A DNA stretch of 63,943 nt, the filler included, from Phoronis australis (Eukaryota > Animalia > Phoronida): assembly GCA_002633005.1 (NCBI GenBank). It is 12 parts of 12 records of this genome, joined end to end, with 100 filler letters (N's around TTAATTAATTAA, not from the genome) between each part and the next. Parts side by side here need not be neighbours in the genome. Positions count along the whole stretch, not along the records: positions 15,441 to 27,274 come from NMRA01000067.1; positions 27,375 to 43,205 come from NMRA01000447.1; 10 more parts are not named here. One strand, given 5' to 3'. Numbering within the stretch: position 1 is the stretch's first letter; each line of letters begins with the position of its first letter. Below the pieces are notes generated by a model. That model did no database searches and was not told where the DNA came from. It saw only the letters and a list, made by a program, of their open reading frames with translations. The translations under genes and the position numbers were made by a program. Of the stretch, positions 24,463-37,499 are shown one piece after another.

Positions 24463-27274
24463 ACATGTGTGAAAGTGTGTGTGTATGTGTGTGTGAATGA
24501 AAATCATGAAGTTCCTTTTCAATTTGGTTGAGTTGTATACTTAAAAAGTATTAAAAATATAAAATATGAAAAATAAAAATAAAAAATATATAAAAAAACA
24601 AAAAAAAACAAAAATATAAAAAAACAAAAAAAAGTTGAAAAAAAAGTTATGAAAAGTTATATCATGTATATATGTTCAAAATATAAAATTTAAAAAGCTG
24701 CATTTCATCCTGTTTGTAAGCTGTCACAAAACATTTTGATTTGTTGACTCATAGTTAAAGCACCTGATCTGCGATTTATTCAAGAGAAATTGTCATCGTT
24801 GTCATATGACTAACCTGTTTTTTAAAGCAATTACCTGTGCACCAATTTCGAATTTCAAGTTTGGCCAACCCAATTAAATTGCCGATTTATCAATGCTTTT
24901 CTTGACTTTTAAGGGTTGGTATGTTTATGTTTTTCTTTGTAACACACTACAAATCCTGCCATGGTGTGAACATTTTTGACGCTGATTTTGTAAGAGTAAA
25001 AAGGCTTCACTTAATTTTGTTTTTTAGCTGACTGAACAGGACGAAATGCTGCTTAAGATATGGTAAAATCTCACCCATTGCCAAAATTACCTTTTTGTTT
25101 TTTAAATGCTTCAAAGATTGCCGTGAATGTTCACATTTTTTCAAATTGTTGTCTGAAGATAGTTATGTTATTGAACTTCAACACGAAAGAGCAAAAATTT
25201 GGTACAACATGTCTTTCGTAGGAAATTTGAGAAAAAATTCACCTGTCTGGTATAGTGTGTCCTAATTTAGTGAGATTTTATCATATTAGAACGGTGCCAG
25301 ATGGAAAGCACATTTATCCTGGAGTTAAAAAAACGCATTGTTATATCGGCTCCCTTTGTGAGTTGGTGTCGGGAACTATTGCATTCACGGATTCTCCTCA
25401 CGTTTGTTCAACTTTCTGCCGTCGTTACAGCCTGAATGGCATGGCAAACTTTGCTAGCAAGTGTCGCTGTGTAATCTGGGACCGTTCTGTTTAATTAATA
25501 GTTTATTTATAATATATAATATACAGTATATCTATACATGGGTATATATATGATTGAGAAGATGCTTATTTATCTATAGTTACGTTATTACACTGTACAG
25601 TCGAATAGTGTTACATTAAGGGGACATCATCGGTTTTATTGCATCACGTTATGCATTTTTGGAGTTATTTTTGTTTGGACCAGATGTCCTGAAGTTATGA
25701 GTGTTGACCAGATTCTATAGAACAACAAAATTTGTTGATTTTGATCTGAGAGTGATATCAGAACATCACTTTTCTTGCCCATAATGTCCCGTTAATGGTC
25801 CTGGTTTACTATAGTTCCATAATTGCCAACTGTCCAAATTTTGACCGTCCCGCTTTTTGATTCTGCAGTGTCGTGTGGTGTCACTGCTTTCGACATATGC
25901 ACACTTGGTCATGCCATTGTGTTAATGCGCAGTTGCGTATTTTTGTGCTTTTCAAACAAACCGTTTGACGTCATCGACTAAAAAACTTGCTTTAGACATA
26001 ATGTAAGTGTTTCTATAGCATTTTCTTCATTTAGTACCCTAGATCCATATGTCTCTTTTTATTTTCATTTTTTGAATGTTGGCAATTATGCAGTTTGCAT
26101 TACATTACCTTGCTTGTAACATTGCAAATGTCTGTTCATGTTAAGGTCTCACCAATTTCTAATTCTGGTTTGCAAGAATGTCCAACTGCACACCAGTGGC
26201 AGTTTGATAACAAAAGTGATGGTAGCCAAGAATTAACGAAAAGTTTATTGACTACATTATGGCAATCTAGCGACAAGTCTTATTCCACGATGTTGCCGTT
26301 GTATTGAAAAGTGGCTACTACTAGTTCATGTGATGTGATATCCGACAATTTCCTAAAAATTGCCTGATAGTAGCTTTGGTACAGAACACCAAAAATGATG
26401 AAGCCCTTGACTCTTCTGTTATGAAAAAAGGAAAACAAATTCACTGGTACACCATACTGTGTCCATTATTGGTTAGATTTTACTGCATGTTGTTGGTTGT
26501 TAGAAACCAAGTAATATAATGGAGCAATGCTCAAAAATCAAGCAGCTGTTAATGCCAAGGGTTCGATATACCATTGTGAATTCTATTGTTCACTTTAGAT
26601 CTGGTAGTGAAAGTTCACTGTATGTAAGAACTGAATTCCAGGTGCTATGCAACTTAAAAATTCTCCTATTTGCAAAAGAGAAAAATCATTTTTAATTACC
26701 ATTGTAATAAGTTTAGTAACCCATTTCCCGGTGGGGACTTTGAAAATTTATTATTTCCTTTGCCTGGATGTTCTTACGCATGGAGACTCTTAGAAGTGTT
26801 GTATTGGCAGCTATTTCGGACATCTTATTAAAAAGACATGTCACCAGGCTAAAACTACGCATATCCCAATCTTTAGAATCGAGAAAATTCAATTTTTGCG
26901 TTATTTTCAGTCTCCCAAATTTTAGAAATTGTTCCAAATTGGAGATTTTTTAGGCAACTGAGTGTTAACACGTTTGTTGTCAGTAGTTTGTATGTTACTT
27001 GCTCCAGTCATAGAGTAGGTACTAGACACTGACAGTCAATTTTGTTTCCCATGGTGGTGAATCTGAGGGAGCTCAAAGTAAGGACAAATTGCTTTTTCAC
27101 CATTAGATAACCACTGCAACAGACAGGGTTAAACCTTAAATGCCATTTGTCAAAATGTGTTCACCCCATGTGTCTGTCTGTGCACCCATTACCACCACCT
27201 ACCGACAATTGACAATCTGCCAGAGGGAATACGGTAAAATTTCCTTAAGAACAAAAATTATTGCCAAATTTGCC

Positions 27275-27374
27275 NNNNNNNNNNNNNNNNNNNNNNNNNN
27301 NNNNNNNNNNNNNNNNNNTTAATTAATTAANNNNNNNNNNNNNNNNNNNNNNNNNNNNNNNNNNNNNNNNNNNN
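27275..27374. other. Artificial contig spacer
   Basis: N44-TTAATTAATTAA-N44. Confidence 0.97.
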
Positions 27375-29127
27375 GCCATCTAGCTGCGAGGCCGGTACCG
27401 ACTTATATTTACACGTACGAGGTGAGCCCCTGGGGGAAATTACGATTCATATTGTCAGAGTCAGCCAGTGGGAAAGAAACGATCTGTGTTGGGAGCCGAT
27501 CAGTTCTATGAGAATCGTAGACTGCCTTCGGAATGTTTGCGCTATATGTATATTCCATTTGCAAAGATTTAAGTTTTAATGCTTATTAGAATTGAATAAA
27601 AACCACCAGTCTTCGTTTTTTTGAAACATAACAAACTTATGCCTGATCAATGATCGGCTCAAACCGATCAGTATGCCTACGGCCCGGCGAGAGCGCGGGC
27701 AAGTCGATAGTTGAAAATGAAAAGGTGAACACTTTTCCGCCGGGATTTTGAAAAGTACCGCCAAGCAGAAAGTCTACGAAACAGTAACCCAAAAGCGGCA
27801 CGTTTTAAGCCAGTGCCGAGTACTCCCGGCAGAAACTCGGTGAAACCGCATTTGCCGCGGCCCAAACAGCTTGCAGGTGTAGCTAGAATTCTCATTATTG
27901 ATATAGCTAGGCCTAGCTATTTCACTTATGGCCAACTTGAACCTCAGGGTCTATATAGGGTAGGCTATTTAGAATTCTCATTTTAGCGTTGCAAGACACT
28001 TCCTTTTTCACATATCGAGAAAATACAACCTATTACACGTAATACGACCGTTTAAGCATCGCCTCCCCGGCGTTCAAGGTCTAGCCGTCACCGTGACTCG
28101 GCCCGATAACCCGGGGCCTACCGCGGCCTCCGCGTTGTGACTGGCCTTCAGTCAGTTCGAGCCTGCCACTACTAGTGGACCACCCACTTCATTGTTTCGA
28201 TACGCCCGGCGTGATTGTGTGAAGATGAAGCTAATGCATCGTGTTCCTTTGATCTCAGAACAAATTGCTGCGAATACGAATTCGTGTTGGCAAACTATCA
28301 ACACGTCAACCACTGGCGCTTTGTTGAACTCAGTATGAAACGGAGTTCAGCGAGTGGTACGTCACTCAGTTCGCGAACCACTGCGTCAAATTGTATGGTG
28401 TCTTTAGATAGACAATGCAGTGGCAAGTAGTACCAATGGCAAAATTGGTTTAAGTCTGTGGCATTTTGGTTGACTTTAGCCGTTGAATGGATTGCTGAAA
28501 GAAAAGGGTTTATTTAAGAATCGTTTAAACGTTGCACGGTTCCAGTCATTCAGGGGTACAAGGGAAACGTACGAAAACACGTCTTCGGTACATATGGTGG
28601 CAAACAAGAACACGTTAACCTATTTCGGTAATAAACAAGTGTTATATCTGGCACGTTTAAGACTTTAGAATATGTAACAAGAAAGTATTTTAGATAGAAT
28701 ATCCCAGTAAGGATTCATTTGTCTGCTTTAGACATCGTCTCTATTGTTCATCAAAAAGAAAACGCTACGATATATTTGAAATATAAATCGATTTAAAATA
28801 CATGTACGTAATTTTCTTAAATGGCGGATGGATATTTACATAAGAATGTTTTAAGGTTTTTCGCACAATCCTATTCCAATTTTGCACACATTATGATTAT
28901 TAAAATATATATGCAACCTTATATCGTTGTAACTGAAAAAATTGTTCTTAATTTATTGTACTCTGAAAATTGATTAAGAACTATTTTTCTGAACGCCTTA
29001 ATACTGCAAACTGTTCTTCGCCTGTAGAGTCGCGGTCATTGTTCGGCTGCAGGGAAGTTCTGCTGTTTCTCAAGAGTGCGCTTTAATTTTTGTTTTTCTT
29101 TGACAATAGTATTTTAGAAACGTTAAC

Positions 29128-29239
29128 ATGGTCACAGTGAACAAGAATTCAGAGGATATTAGAAATGGTCGAAGATCTAGGAGAGCAAATCCTTCGAACG
29201 GCTATTCTGACGACAGCAGCGCCTCCGATCCCGAACCTG
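29128..29239 (+). CDS. RCOR: REST corepressor (CoREST) coding exon 1
   Basis: MVTVNKNSEDIRNGRRSRRANPSNGYSDDSSASDPEP then a gtaagt donor; RNGRRSR is the invertebrate CoREST N-terminal signature. Confidence 0.8.
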
Positions 29240-29334
29240 GTAAGTTTACCTGCAGTCCAAGAAATAGGAGTGTTAAATTGAAGTGACTGTCTTCGATTCA
29301 CAGTTCTGAGTATCCTGTTATTTTTGTTTTTCAG

Positions 29335-29391
29335 AGGGACAAATGCGAGTTGGTTCGGATTATCAAGCTGTAATTCCACCATTCAATCCAA
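29335..29391 (+). CDS. RCOR: REST corepressor (CoREST) coding exon 2, start of the ELM2 domain
   Basis: tttttcag acceptor and gtaagt donor, phase 1-1; EGQMRVGSDYQAVIPPFNP (ELM2 RVGxxYQAxxP). Confidence 0.85.
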
Positions 29392-31609
29392 GTAAGTTTG
29401 CTCGACTTCCAACAGATGGCGATTGCAATGTCAAGCCGTGACTTTTGTTTCTGCCACTGAGTGGTTGTGTTGATCCCTCAGTGACAAGTGATCAGAATGT
29501 TGATGTGGTTTTCACTGCATTAAGATCAATGATTTTCTGTTTGGGAAAAAGCAATTGACCATTTTTACCGATAACCCATGTTTCGTTTTTGCTTTATATT
29601 TGTTTATTAGTGTTTACTTGTTGTTTTTGTCAGGTAATATTGCAACCCTTTCTCAGTGTTGCACATAGACATGCCAATATTTTATGTGATATCAGGTATC
29701 CAAACTAATGCCAAGTGACCAATACATAATGCAGCTTTANGATTGTACTTGTTACATACCATTCCCTTGGACTCTTTAAAGCCAATAAATTTCCAACATC
29801 ACGATCTGATCTGGTATCACATTAGATAAAAAACCTATTGTGTTGGTACACAATACTGTGGTAGTTACAGGGTCAGAGGTTACATTCACACGAAGGAATC
29901 AGCAGTTAGATGTTAAAGTCTAATTTCTCTGTAAGTCAACCGTTTTTCTCCTTTCAAAGTTTTTTTGGTGATAGTATTTCATACAAAACACATCTTCTTC
30001 ACGACATTTGCTGAACGTCATGTAGATATGGTATTTTTAAATATTGGATAGCGTCGGGCGCACTACTTACACGAGTCATCAAGTCATAATTATTGGGTTA
30101 TTAGAGCTTATCAGATGAATGCAGACAATGATTGCTGACTTTTCCCCCTTGCTATCACTGTCACATTTCTTGTCTGCTTTTAAAAATTAAAAAACTAACC
30201 AAATGTACTTTAACAAACTGTTCAACTGTGCTATTTAAAACTTTCAAAACGAAAATGTAAACAATAATTTTATCTCCCCAGTGTGTTTTTGATGGATCTA
30301 ATTATGAACGATTACATCAGCAGCCTGTGTGACGTCCAGAGGTGATGTAATTGCCTACAACTCCATGGTGTCTTGTATCTTTGTGTTGAGTTGCCCAGTC
30401 TCGACCGGTGAGGGTGTTAACGTAGGATTCTTTTCATGGCTGACTGGACAGCCTGAAAACTGACTAGCCTGCAAAGTAATCCCTTCAATATATTCCTCTC
30501 ACTATAGGGTCTAGGAATTTGCAAAAGAAAAATGCACATTAGCCCAAATGTTTTGAATGGCATCTAACGTAGCCTTAAAAGGGGGCTGTAGTCAAAATAA
30601 TGTTGCAGTTAATCGGTTCTAACATACAAATAAAACTCATTCATAGTTAAAACACTGAATTCTGAAAGCGATCGCTGATTGGCTGATGTGTCAGTGACGT
30701 GAAAGGCGGGGTATAGGCTGCTTTACACATCCATTGCTTATGTCATATTTTGAAGAGTTTACATCGTAATTTATCATTGTATCAATCGTCCTTATTTTTT
30801 ACTGTTTGCCACAGTGCTGTAAAAGGTTCGCTATGCCTTTTTGTATGGCAACTGCTTGCTCAAACTCTTCGAAAAAGGTGTCTTCTAAAGGGATGGTCAT
30901 CGCATACCATCGTCGGGTTACCCAAGCCTTGGAACAAAGTTATATACTAAATATAGGAGTACAGGTTTTCAAGAGCCGATATGGGTAAAAATGGACAAAT
31001 AAAGTCTGACTTAATGTCATTAAAACTAATCTCATCCGTGAGTAAACATAGGAACCAGGTTCCTAGAGTAAACTAACTTCTGTATTTACCGGTGTTGGAA
31101 AAGTTAGCGACCGCTCATCGGCTGCTGCTAAAATTGTGATGTGTTCTCTTGAGTTGGTTTTTTGCGATTACGTCACCTGACCTTTACCAGTTTCTTTTTC
31201 CCCCGATTCTTTTATCAAGTGTTCGTCGCTGACGGTACCTACTCGGCGATAGCCGTGCCGCGGATCTGGACGGCGGGGACTGGTTTAGATTTTGGCGTCA
31301 AAATCCAATATCGCAGTGTCTAGGTCTCTGTGACTTTTTCACTAGTTCGCACCTTTCATTAAATTGTCCGCTATTCGGTCCAGTACTAGTCGGCAACCCG
31401 CACGGACGACAGCGAAAAGACGAATTTGTTTTTCGGTTGCCATGGCCATTCGCGTGGACGTCCCTTCACTTCTGTATGATTGAGTTTGAACTTGAAGAGG
31501 GTGGAGGCATTTTCATAACCGGTAAACGCCGCGCGAACGCTTTTTATATCCGTGGACCATAATTTGCCGGGGATCTGTACTATAGTGGCGTCGGTGACCG
31601 AATGCTTAT

Positions 31610-32110
31610 CATACGCTAACAGGATTTGCACGCAAGTGCACGAGAAAGCACGCACCCCAAATATCCAGCAAAGTACTCGGCACATCAAAGACTTGATGGC
31701 GCTGTCACGGATTGAAGTGAGCTAGTCGCTATATTCAACTTGAGTGCCTGGATGACATAAATTGCTGTCGTAAACCAACACGCTTGTTTAACGTATGAGT
31801 TTCAAACTCAAAAAAGAACAATAAGTAAGGCAAACGACCAACATGGCACTTTTTAAAAATTGAGAAGTAGGCCTAGCTAAGTAACAGCATATATTTCAAA
31901 ATGGATGCATTATAACAGAAATTACTGAATAGTCTTCAGAATTATGGACTAAGCAGCGATTAGTTTGCCAAATTGATTAGAACGGGTTAGTCATTGTCTG
32001 GCTTAGACTCGCTTAGACATTGGGGTAACAAAACCCCAAAAGTTAGCAAAGGATTCGTCTCTTGAAATTTGTCTGAATTTCTGAAATAATTGGGGTGCCA
32101 CTTCAGGGAG
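31610..32110 (+). repeat. Dispersed repeat shared with 1425-1860
   Basis: Colinear conserved blocks listed under 1425-1860. Confidence 0.75.
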
Positions 32111-33234
32111 AATCGGATGTGAATGGGAGAGTTGGTGGTAGCAAAACGGGTGAAGGTGAATGTGGCAATCATCCCGGCCGGGTTGGGAATTGATGGCAAT
32201 GAGGACCCCTTTCACCTCCGGCATGGTCTTTGAAGTATCTGGCTACCCCGTGCTATTGATCAGTCAGCCTCTACTAGTTAACCTTCATATACATCCATGG
32301 ATCAGATAATCTTTTAGTTTTATGAACTCAATATGTAAATTAGCAGGTTGTAGATCTCGGCAAAAGCCCGAGATAAAAAAAGCTTCACCAGCATTTGTAC
32401 TTGTATTTCTAACAGGTTAAAGAAGAGTGTTATTTTCTTCACAAAGAGGAACTTGAATGTCAAACAGCATGTATCTGCCTTGGGTATATACATCTCATGC
32501 TATATTTGAAGAATATGGTACCCTACGTATCAATTATTTTTGAAGAGTTCATGACATATGTTGTGGCATGTTAATAGTTTAAAGTGGCTATCAACATGCC
32601 TTCCATCACAAAAAATAGATTTAGACCACTTTGTCTTACAATTATGAAATTCAGGTTTCAAACTGTTTCTTCGTCAAACTAGAGATGACTTAAGAGTTTG
32701 AAAGAACTCAGTGACCACTTGTTGTTGCTTAAGACCAGAGTCTGCTGTTGACTTGTGAGTGCTGGTCATTTTATGTGCTAAGCATAGGCTGAAGCCCAGA
32801 AGTCACTTCTGATGTGAGTACAACTTGAGACCAATTTTATAGTTGGTTGTGTCAAAATTATATACATGTTCTGGTCAAATTTGTTCATACTAACTCTAAT
32901 CACATATCTTATTTATTTTCAGATTGAAAAAGTACCTTCCTTTTTTTGCAAGTAAAAACAGAATTTTTCGAAAAGAATTTTTTACAAAATTTGTAAATTC
33001 GCAAATTTTAATGACCACTGGGTTACCATGGCACTTGTGCGATTTATACAGAAAAATGTCTAATTTATTTGAGTGAAAATGTGAACGGCAGGTACAGTAG
33101 AGAAATTGCTAAACATTTTTGGTCAGTATGGAAAAATTCAAGCAAAACAAAAATTAACAAAGGACACACCTTTTATCACAGGTTTTATTGCATTTAGTTA
33201 TTTGTCAAATAAACTGTAACTTGTCCTTTTTTAG

Positions 33235-33711
33235 ATGTCTCATTCTTCCATTCCAAATTCTCCTCTTTCTAAAGTGAAACAACAGCTATTGTCCGATTCA
33301 GGATTTAGCTCCCCTGATCTATACAGCCGGACAACAATTGAAAACCAGTCCCTAGAGTACATTGACTTGCAGTGCTTCGAAACCTTGGATTTCTCCCAAG
33401 ATTCTCAGAACCATGCCCTGACAGACTTTACCTCTGACGGAAGTGAATTAGACTTGGAAGACCCATTGGGACTTGTCAACTGAGAAAATGAGCTTCCTGT
33501 TCACTTGAGGCCCCGCCTTTCTAGGACCCCACCAGGATCACCTCAACTGTCGCAGTATTCCCATTGTTCCGATGTCCAGTCTCAAGAGGTGCCAGACAGT
33601 GGAGACAGTGACGTAGAAAGTTTACCAGACAGCCAAGGAACATATGAATACGCTCGAGACTTGGAGTCTTGCAATGATGCTGTGGTGCCCAATGTGTGCC
33701 TCGAAGAGTAG
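33235..33711 (+). pseudogene. Acidic Ser-rich 158-codon ORF of unknown function with one in-frame TGA (33481-33483)
   Basis: ORFs 33235-33483 and 33505-33711 share a frame; ATG follows a ccttttttag acceptor directly; aataaa at 33728. Confidence 0.5.
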
Positions 33712-34444
33712 TTTGGGACATAAAAGTAATAAATTGTAAAACACGACTATAGGCATGTAATGGTGGACCAATCCAAAATCAGTTGTTATTTTTTCATAAC
33801 ACTGTTAATCTGAGTTTGTCTTCATTTATTTTATTTATTGAAGAACATTTGATGAAGAAGTACACCGTTCTTTGTAAATCTGGCAGCAATTGTAATGGCA
33901 CTATAATTTTACTTTGGTGTTGATTTTCCTTTGGTGTCTGGTATTTAAGTTAACAATTGTGAGCAGAGTATAACCATCAAAGCACTAATCTCTACAACAC
34001 ATGGTAGCACCTCACCAGTTTGGGAAAACTAATATTGCCCCATTCTCATTTTCAAAAGCTTCTAATGTAATTATGAAGGCCCATGTTTTCTCGAAACTAA
34101 TGGTAGATACGGCATTTAGCAATCCTAGAAACAACGAGAAAATGAAATTTCCCATGTCAGCCACTGTGTCCAAAATTGGTGACATTTGACCTTACTCTAG
34201 ACTAGCAAATGAACAGCCTGTTTGGCCTGATTCAAAGAGAAAAATTCTCATGGCCATTAAGATGTTACTAATTGTCCAAGAGAGCTTTTCAAGCATGCCT
34301 TTGCTCAAGCAATAAATAGCTACAGGTGCTAGAAGTAGACTTTTGTCAATAAACTGAAAAATGAATCATGAGTGGGTAAATTAAGAAAAAAATCAGAACT
34401 TTACCTGTTGTACAATCTGTTTCCTGGAACATCTTTTAAAACAA

Positions 34445-34484
34445 TGTTGTTTTGTTGTTGTTGCTCTTGTTGTTATTTTTGCTC

Positions 34485-34516
<32 letters not shown>

Positions 34517-34550
34517 ATTCTTGTTGTTATTCTTGTTGTTGCTGTTATTC
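34445..34550. repeat. (TGT)n microsatellite
   Basis: Read directly from sequence. Confidence 0.95.
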
Positions 34551-37499
34551 ATTCATGTTGGTGTTTTCAAGATTCTATGAAAAGTTAGATAAAATATGCT
34601 TGTAAATATTCTGTCTGACCTACTAGATTATTTATGTAAATATGGGTTTTATTGTTATTATGACATTTGATGTAAAAACTAATGGTTGTATTTTTGAAAT
34701 TTTCCTATTAATCTTAACCAGTACCTAAGATTTTATGTTCTTTGTTATAACTAGATGTTAGTCAATTTTGTACTCCTTTCTCCAGATGTTTTTCCCCAAA
34801 ATGCTCTTTTGTTCTTATTTAGTTACTAAACAAGGTTGGGCAGATAGCTTCGACATAGTTGATTAATATTCTTATATGTTTGATACAGTTTTTATCTTCC
34901 AAGGAAAAGTACAAATGTGTTCTGTAATTCTGCATTTTTCTACGCAGTGAAGTGTGTGCTAATTTAAAGGGATACTATAGGGTGTTTTGTCCAATTTTAT
35001 TAAAATTAATTCTGTTACCTTTCATACAAATGGTTCTTCCAATAGTTATAAAAGCGGGTATTCAGCCAAGCAAGCGTGCGTTGGTAGACCGAAGACATTA
35101 GCTTACAATTTCAGCAAAAATGTTTGCTTATGGAATGAAAACAGTGTATACTGTTCCATTTTTATGAACTCTATTCCATAATTTATGAATTCTATCCCAT
35201 AATTCAACATTACAACCTCATCGACCAATCACTTCAGTGGCCGTCGTAGGTTGCACTAGTAAGGTCTGGAGCATATTCCCGGAACATTCACTTTTCACCT
35301 GTCTGATTTATCGTGGTCTTGTTTGATTTTGCTTTTTCTGGTAAGAAACTTGGTCAGCAGAAAGCACTTCTGAGTTAAAACAGCTCTTCTCTGTGTCACT
35401 TAAAGGGCTGTGATTCAAGATGCACGTTCTTTCCCTACAGCATCCAATTAATTAAGTGGCCCAAACCGTTGGCAGCACTCCTGACTTGGCAAAACCTCAA
35501 TAATTGGATAGTATACTGGACAACACCTCGATCTGCTTACAACGAACGGCCTAGTCTACTAGTGAACAACAGGACTTCGCATTGTGTGACAAATTTGGCG
35601 CGAAATTAGGTTTGATTGACACATCGCAAGAAAACAAGTTTCATGTGCTGGGAAGGGCTTCCGAAAATGTAAGAGTAAGACGGAATATATTTGAAATTCT
35701 CACCTATTTTGCCATGAATGAATGCATATCTAAAAAAACAACGGAATTTATTGTAAAAGAGATACACGTATCATTAAGGAATTTTCAATTCTGTTCCAGA
35801 CTGGGGGATCAAAAGAGCCACAGTACAAAATTTGTGTTTTCCAATGATTTAGGTGATCTAGTTGTAATCAATATCTGCTAAAGCAAGGTTTAATAAAACA
35901 AGGTTTGGTATCCTTCTTTAAGTGAAGATCTGTATCCCTTGGATGTGACTTGTTGTTTGTACTTGTTACTGTGGTCTTCGTATTTAATTATCTGATGATC
36001 TGTGATAGTTCTGATTGTTGTTGCTCTTGTTATTGGTTTTATATCAAAATTAAAGGAAAATTTCATGTAATTAACACTTCAGTTGTATCTGGGCCGATAA
36101 CTTATCTTATCAGTGCTTATCTGCAGTTCGTGAATAGTCCTTGCTTATTTATTGGTAGGAAAACCCTGAGGGAAAGACTATGACGTGTGATCTACGACTT
36201 CAATTTTTAAACGATATGCATCTTGTCTGGTTCTTTTGGGGGACATCAAAATGTCATGACGTCACGTTTTCTCAGAACGCAAGTGTTGCAACGAAGACTG
36301 AACTGACCAAAACGCATTCGTTCATTATACAATTGGTCGTATTTCTGTACCTGCCCACATATGTTACGACCGACTACCACGGACCTTTTGTTCACAGAAC
36401 AAACGATCAATCTAATGCAACTTTGGAAGTGAAGATACTGTTCGTTTTCCAAAACAATGTTCATTATACAGTGAGTTGAAGAGCAAAGAAAAACGTTTCT
36501 GAGTTAATCTCAGTTTTGGCTGAAAAATCTTGGAGCTTTCCCAGTTACTGGTTTAGCTAAAGGGGTTTAAAAACATTGCCACACTTAAAACGACTCTCAG
36601 TTGTTGAATGAGCTAACAGGTCGAATCGCAGGTAATGCGTAGCTTATTTTTGGAGTCCCAGCTTTTGTGTAAACCATCAACCCCACGCGTTTCCTCGAGA
36701 CGCTGACGTTTTCTGTGTCAACGGATATCAAGGCGGCCTAATCAGGATTAGTACGAAACCAATTTCATGAGCTAAGATTTACACTTTGCAAATCAACTGA
36801 TGAGCGTATGTTTATTCCATTACCGCATTCGAGTGTACGTTGGCTTTGCGCCTATGTTAGAAATAAATGCCCTTTCTGAGCAAAAATCACACAACTGGTG
36901 TTTCGCTTGTAGGCGCACGTGTTAAAAAATTAACTTTCATCATACGTGAGAGCAGATGTACTTACTTATACAGACGGATGCCATGCCCTGGATATAAACA
37001 CAAACTTTGTCTTCGACAAAAAAACGCACGATATTGCCGTAACATTTCTATTAGCGTGAAGATAAATAATAATTATAATGGTCTGGTACATCCATGTGGC
37101 TTTAAAATATGAGGCGAGTACAATTCTTCCTCTTGATCTTCTCTACCCAAATTGAGCTGCTGATACTACTCTGTGGGCTCAAGGTTCACCTGACGTCGTT
37201 CCATCCGGTCACTCAAAGTTCATGCTTTACACTTCAGATGTGGCTGTTGTTGTGTCCTCAAATTTCTATTCGTATTTCAGTCATTTTTAAATATCAGGCT
37301 TTGTATGCGCTTCAGTGCACAAGTCCAACCAACGCCAATTTGCAGGAAATTCTACTGAATGGTAAATTATCTAAGCATACCTAATAGTTCCAAGCACAAA
37401 ATGAATGATATTAAAACTGCTGACCACTAACAACAAAGTACAGTTAGTAATTTCAAAATGAAAAAGCTATCATGATCAGCCCATGTTGTACCGTGCGGG

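Noticed and set aside
34372-34605. Poly-Cys, metallothionein-like ORF
   Set aside because: Translation of a (TGT)n microsatellite.
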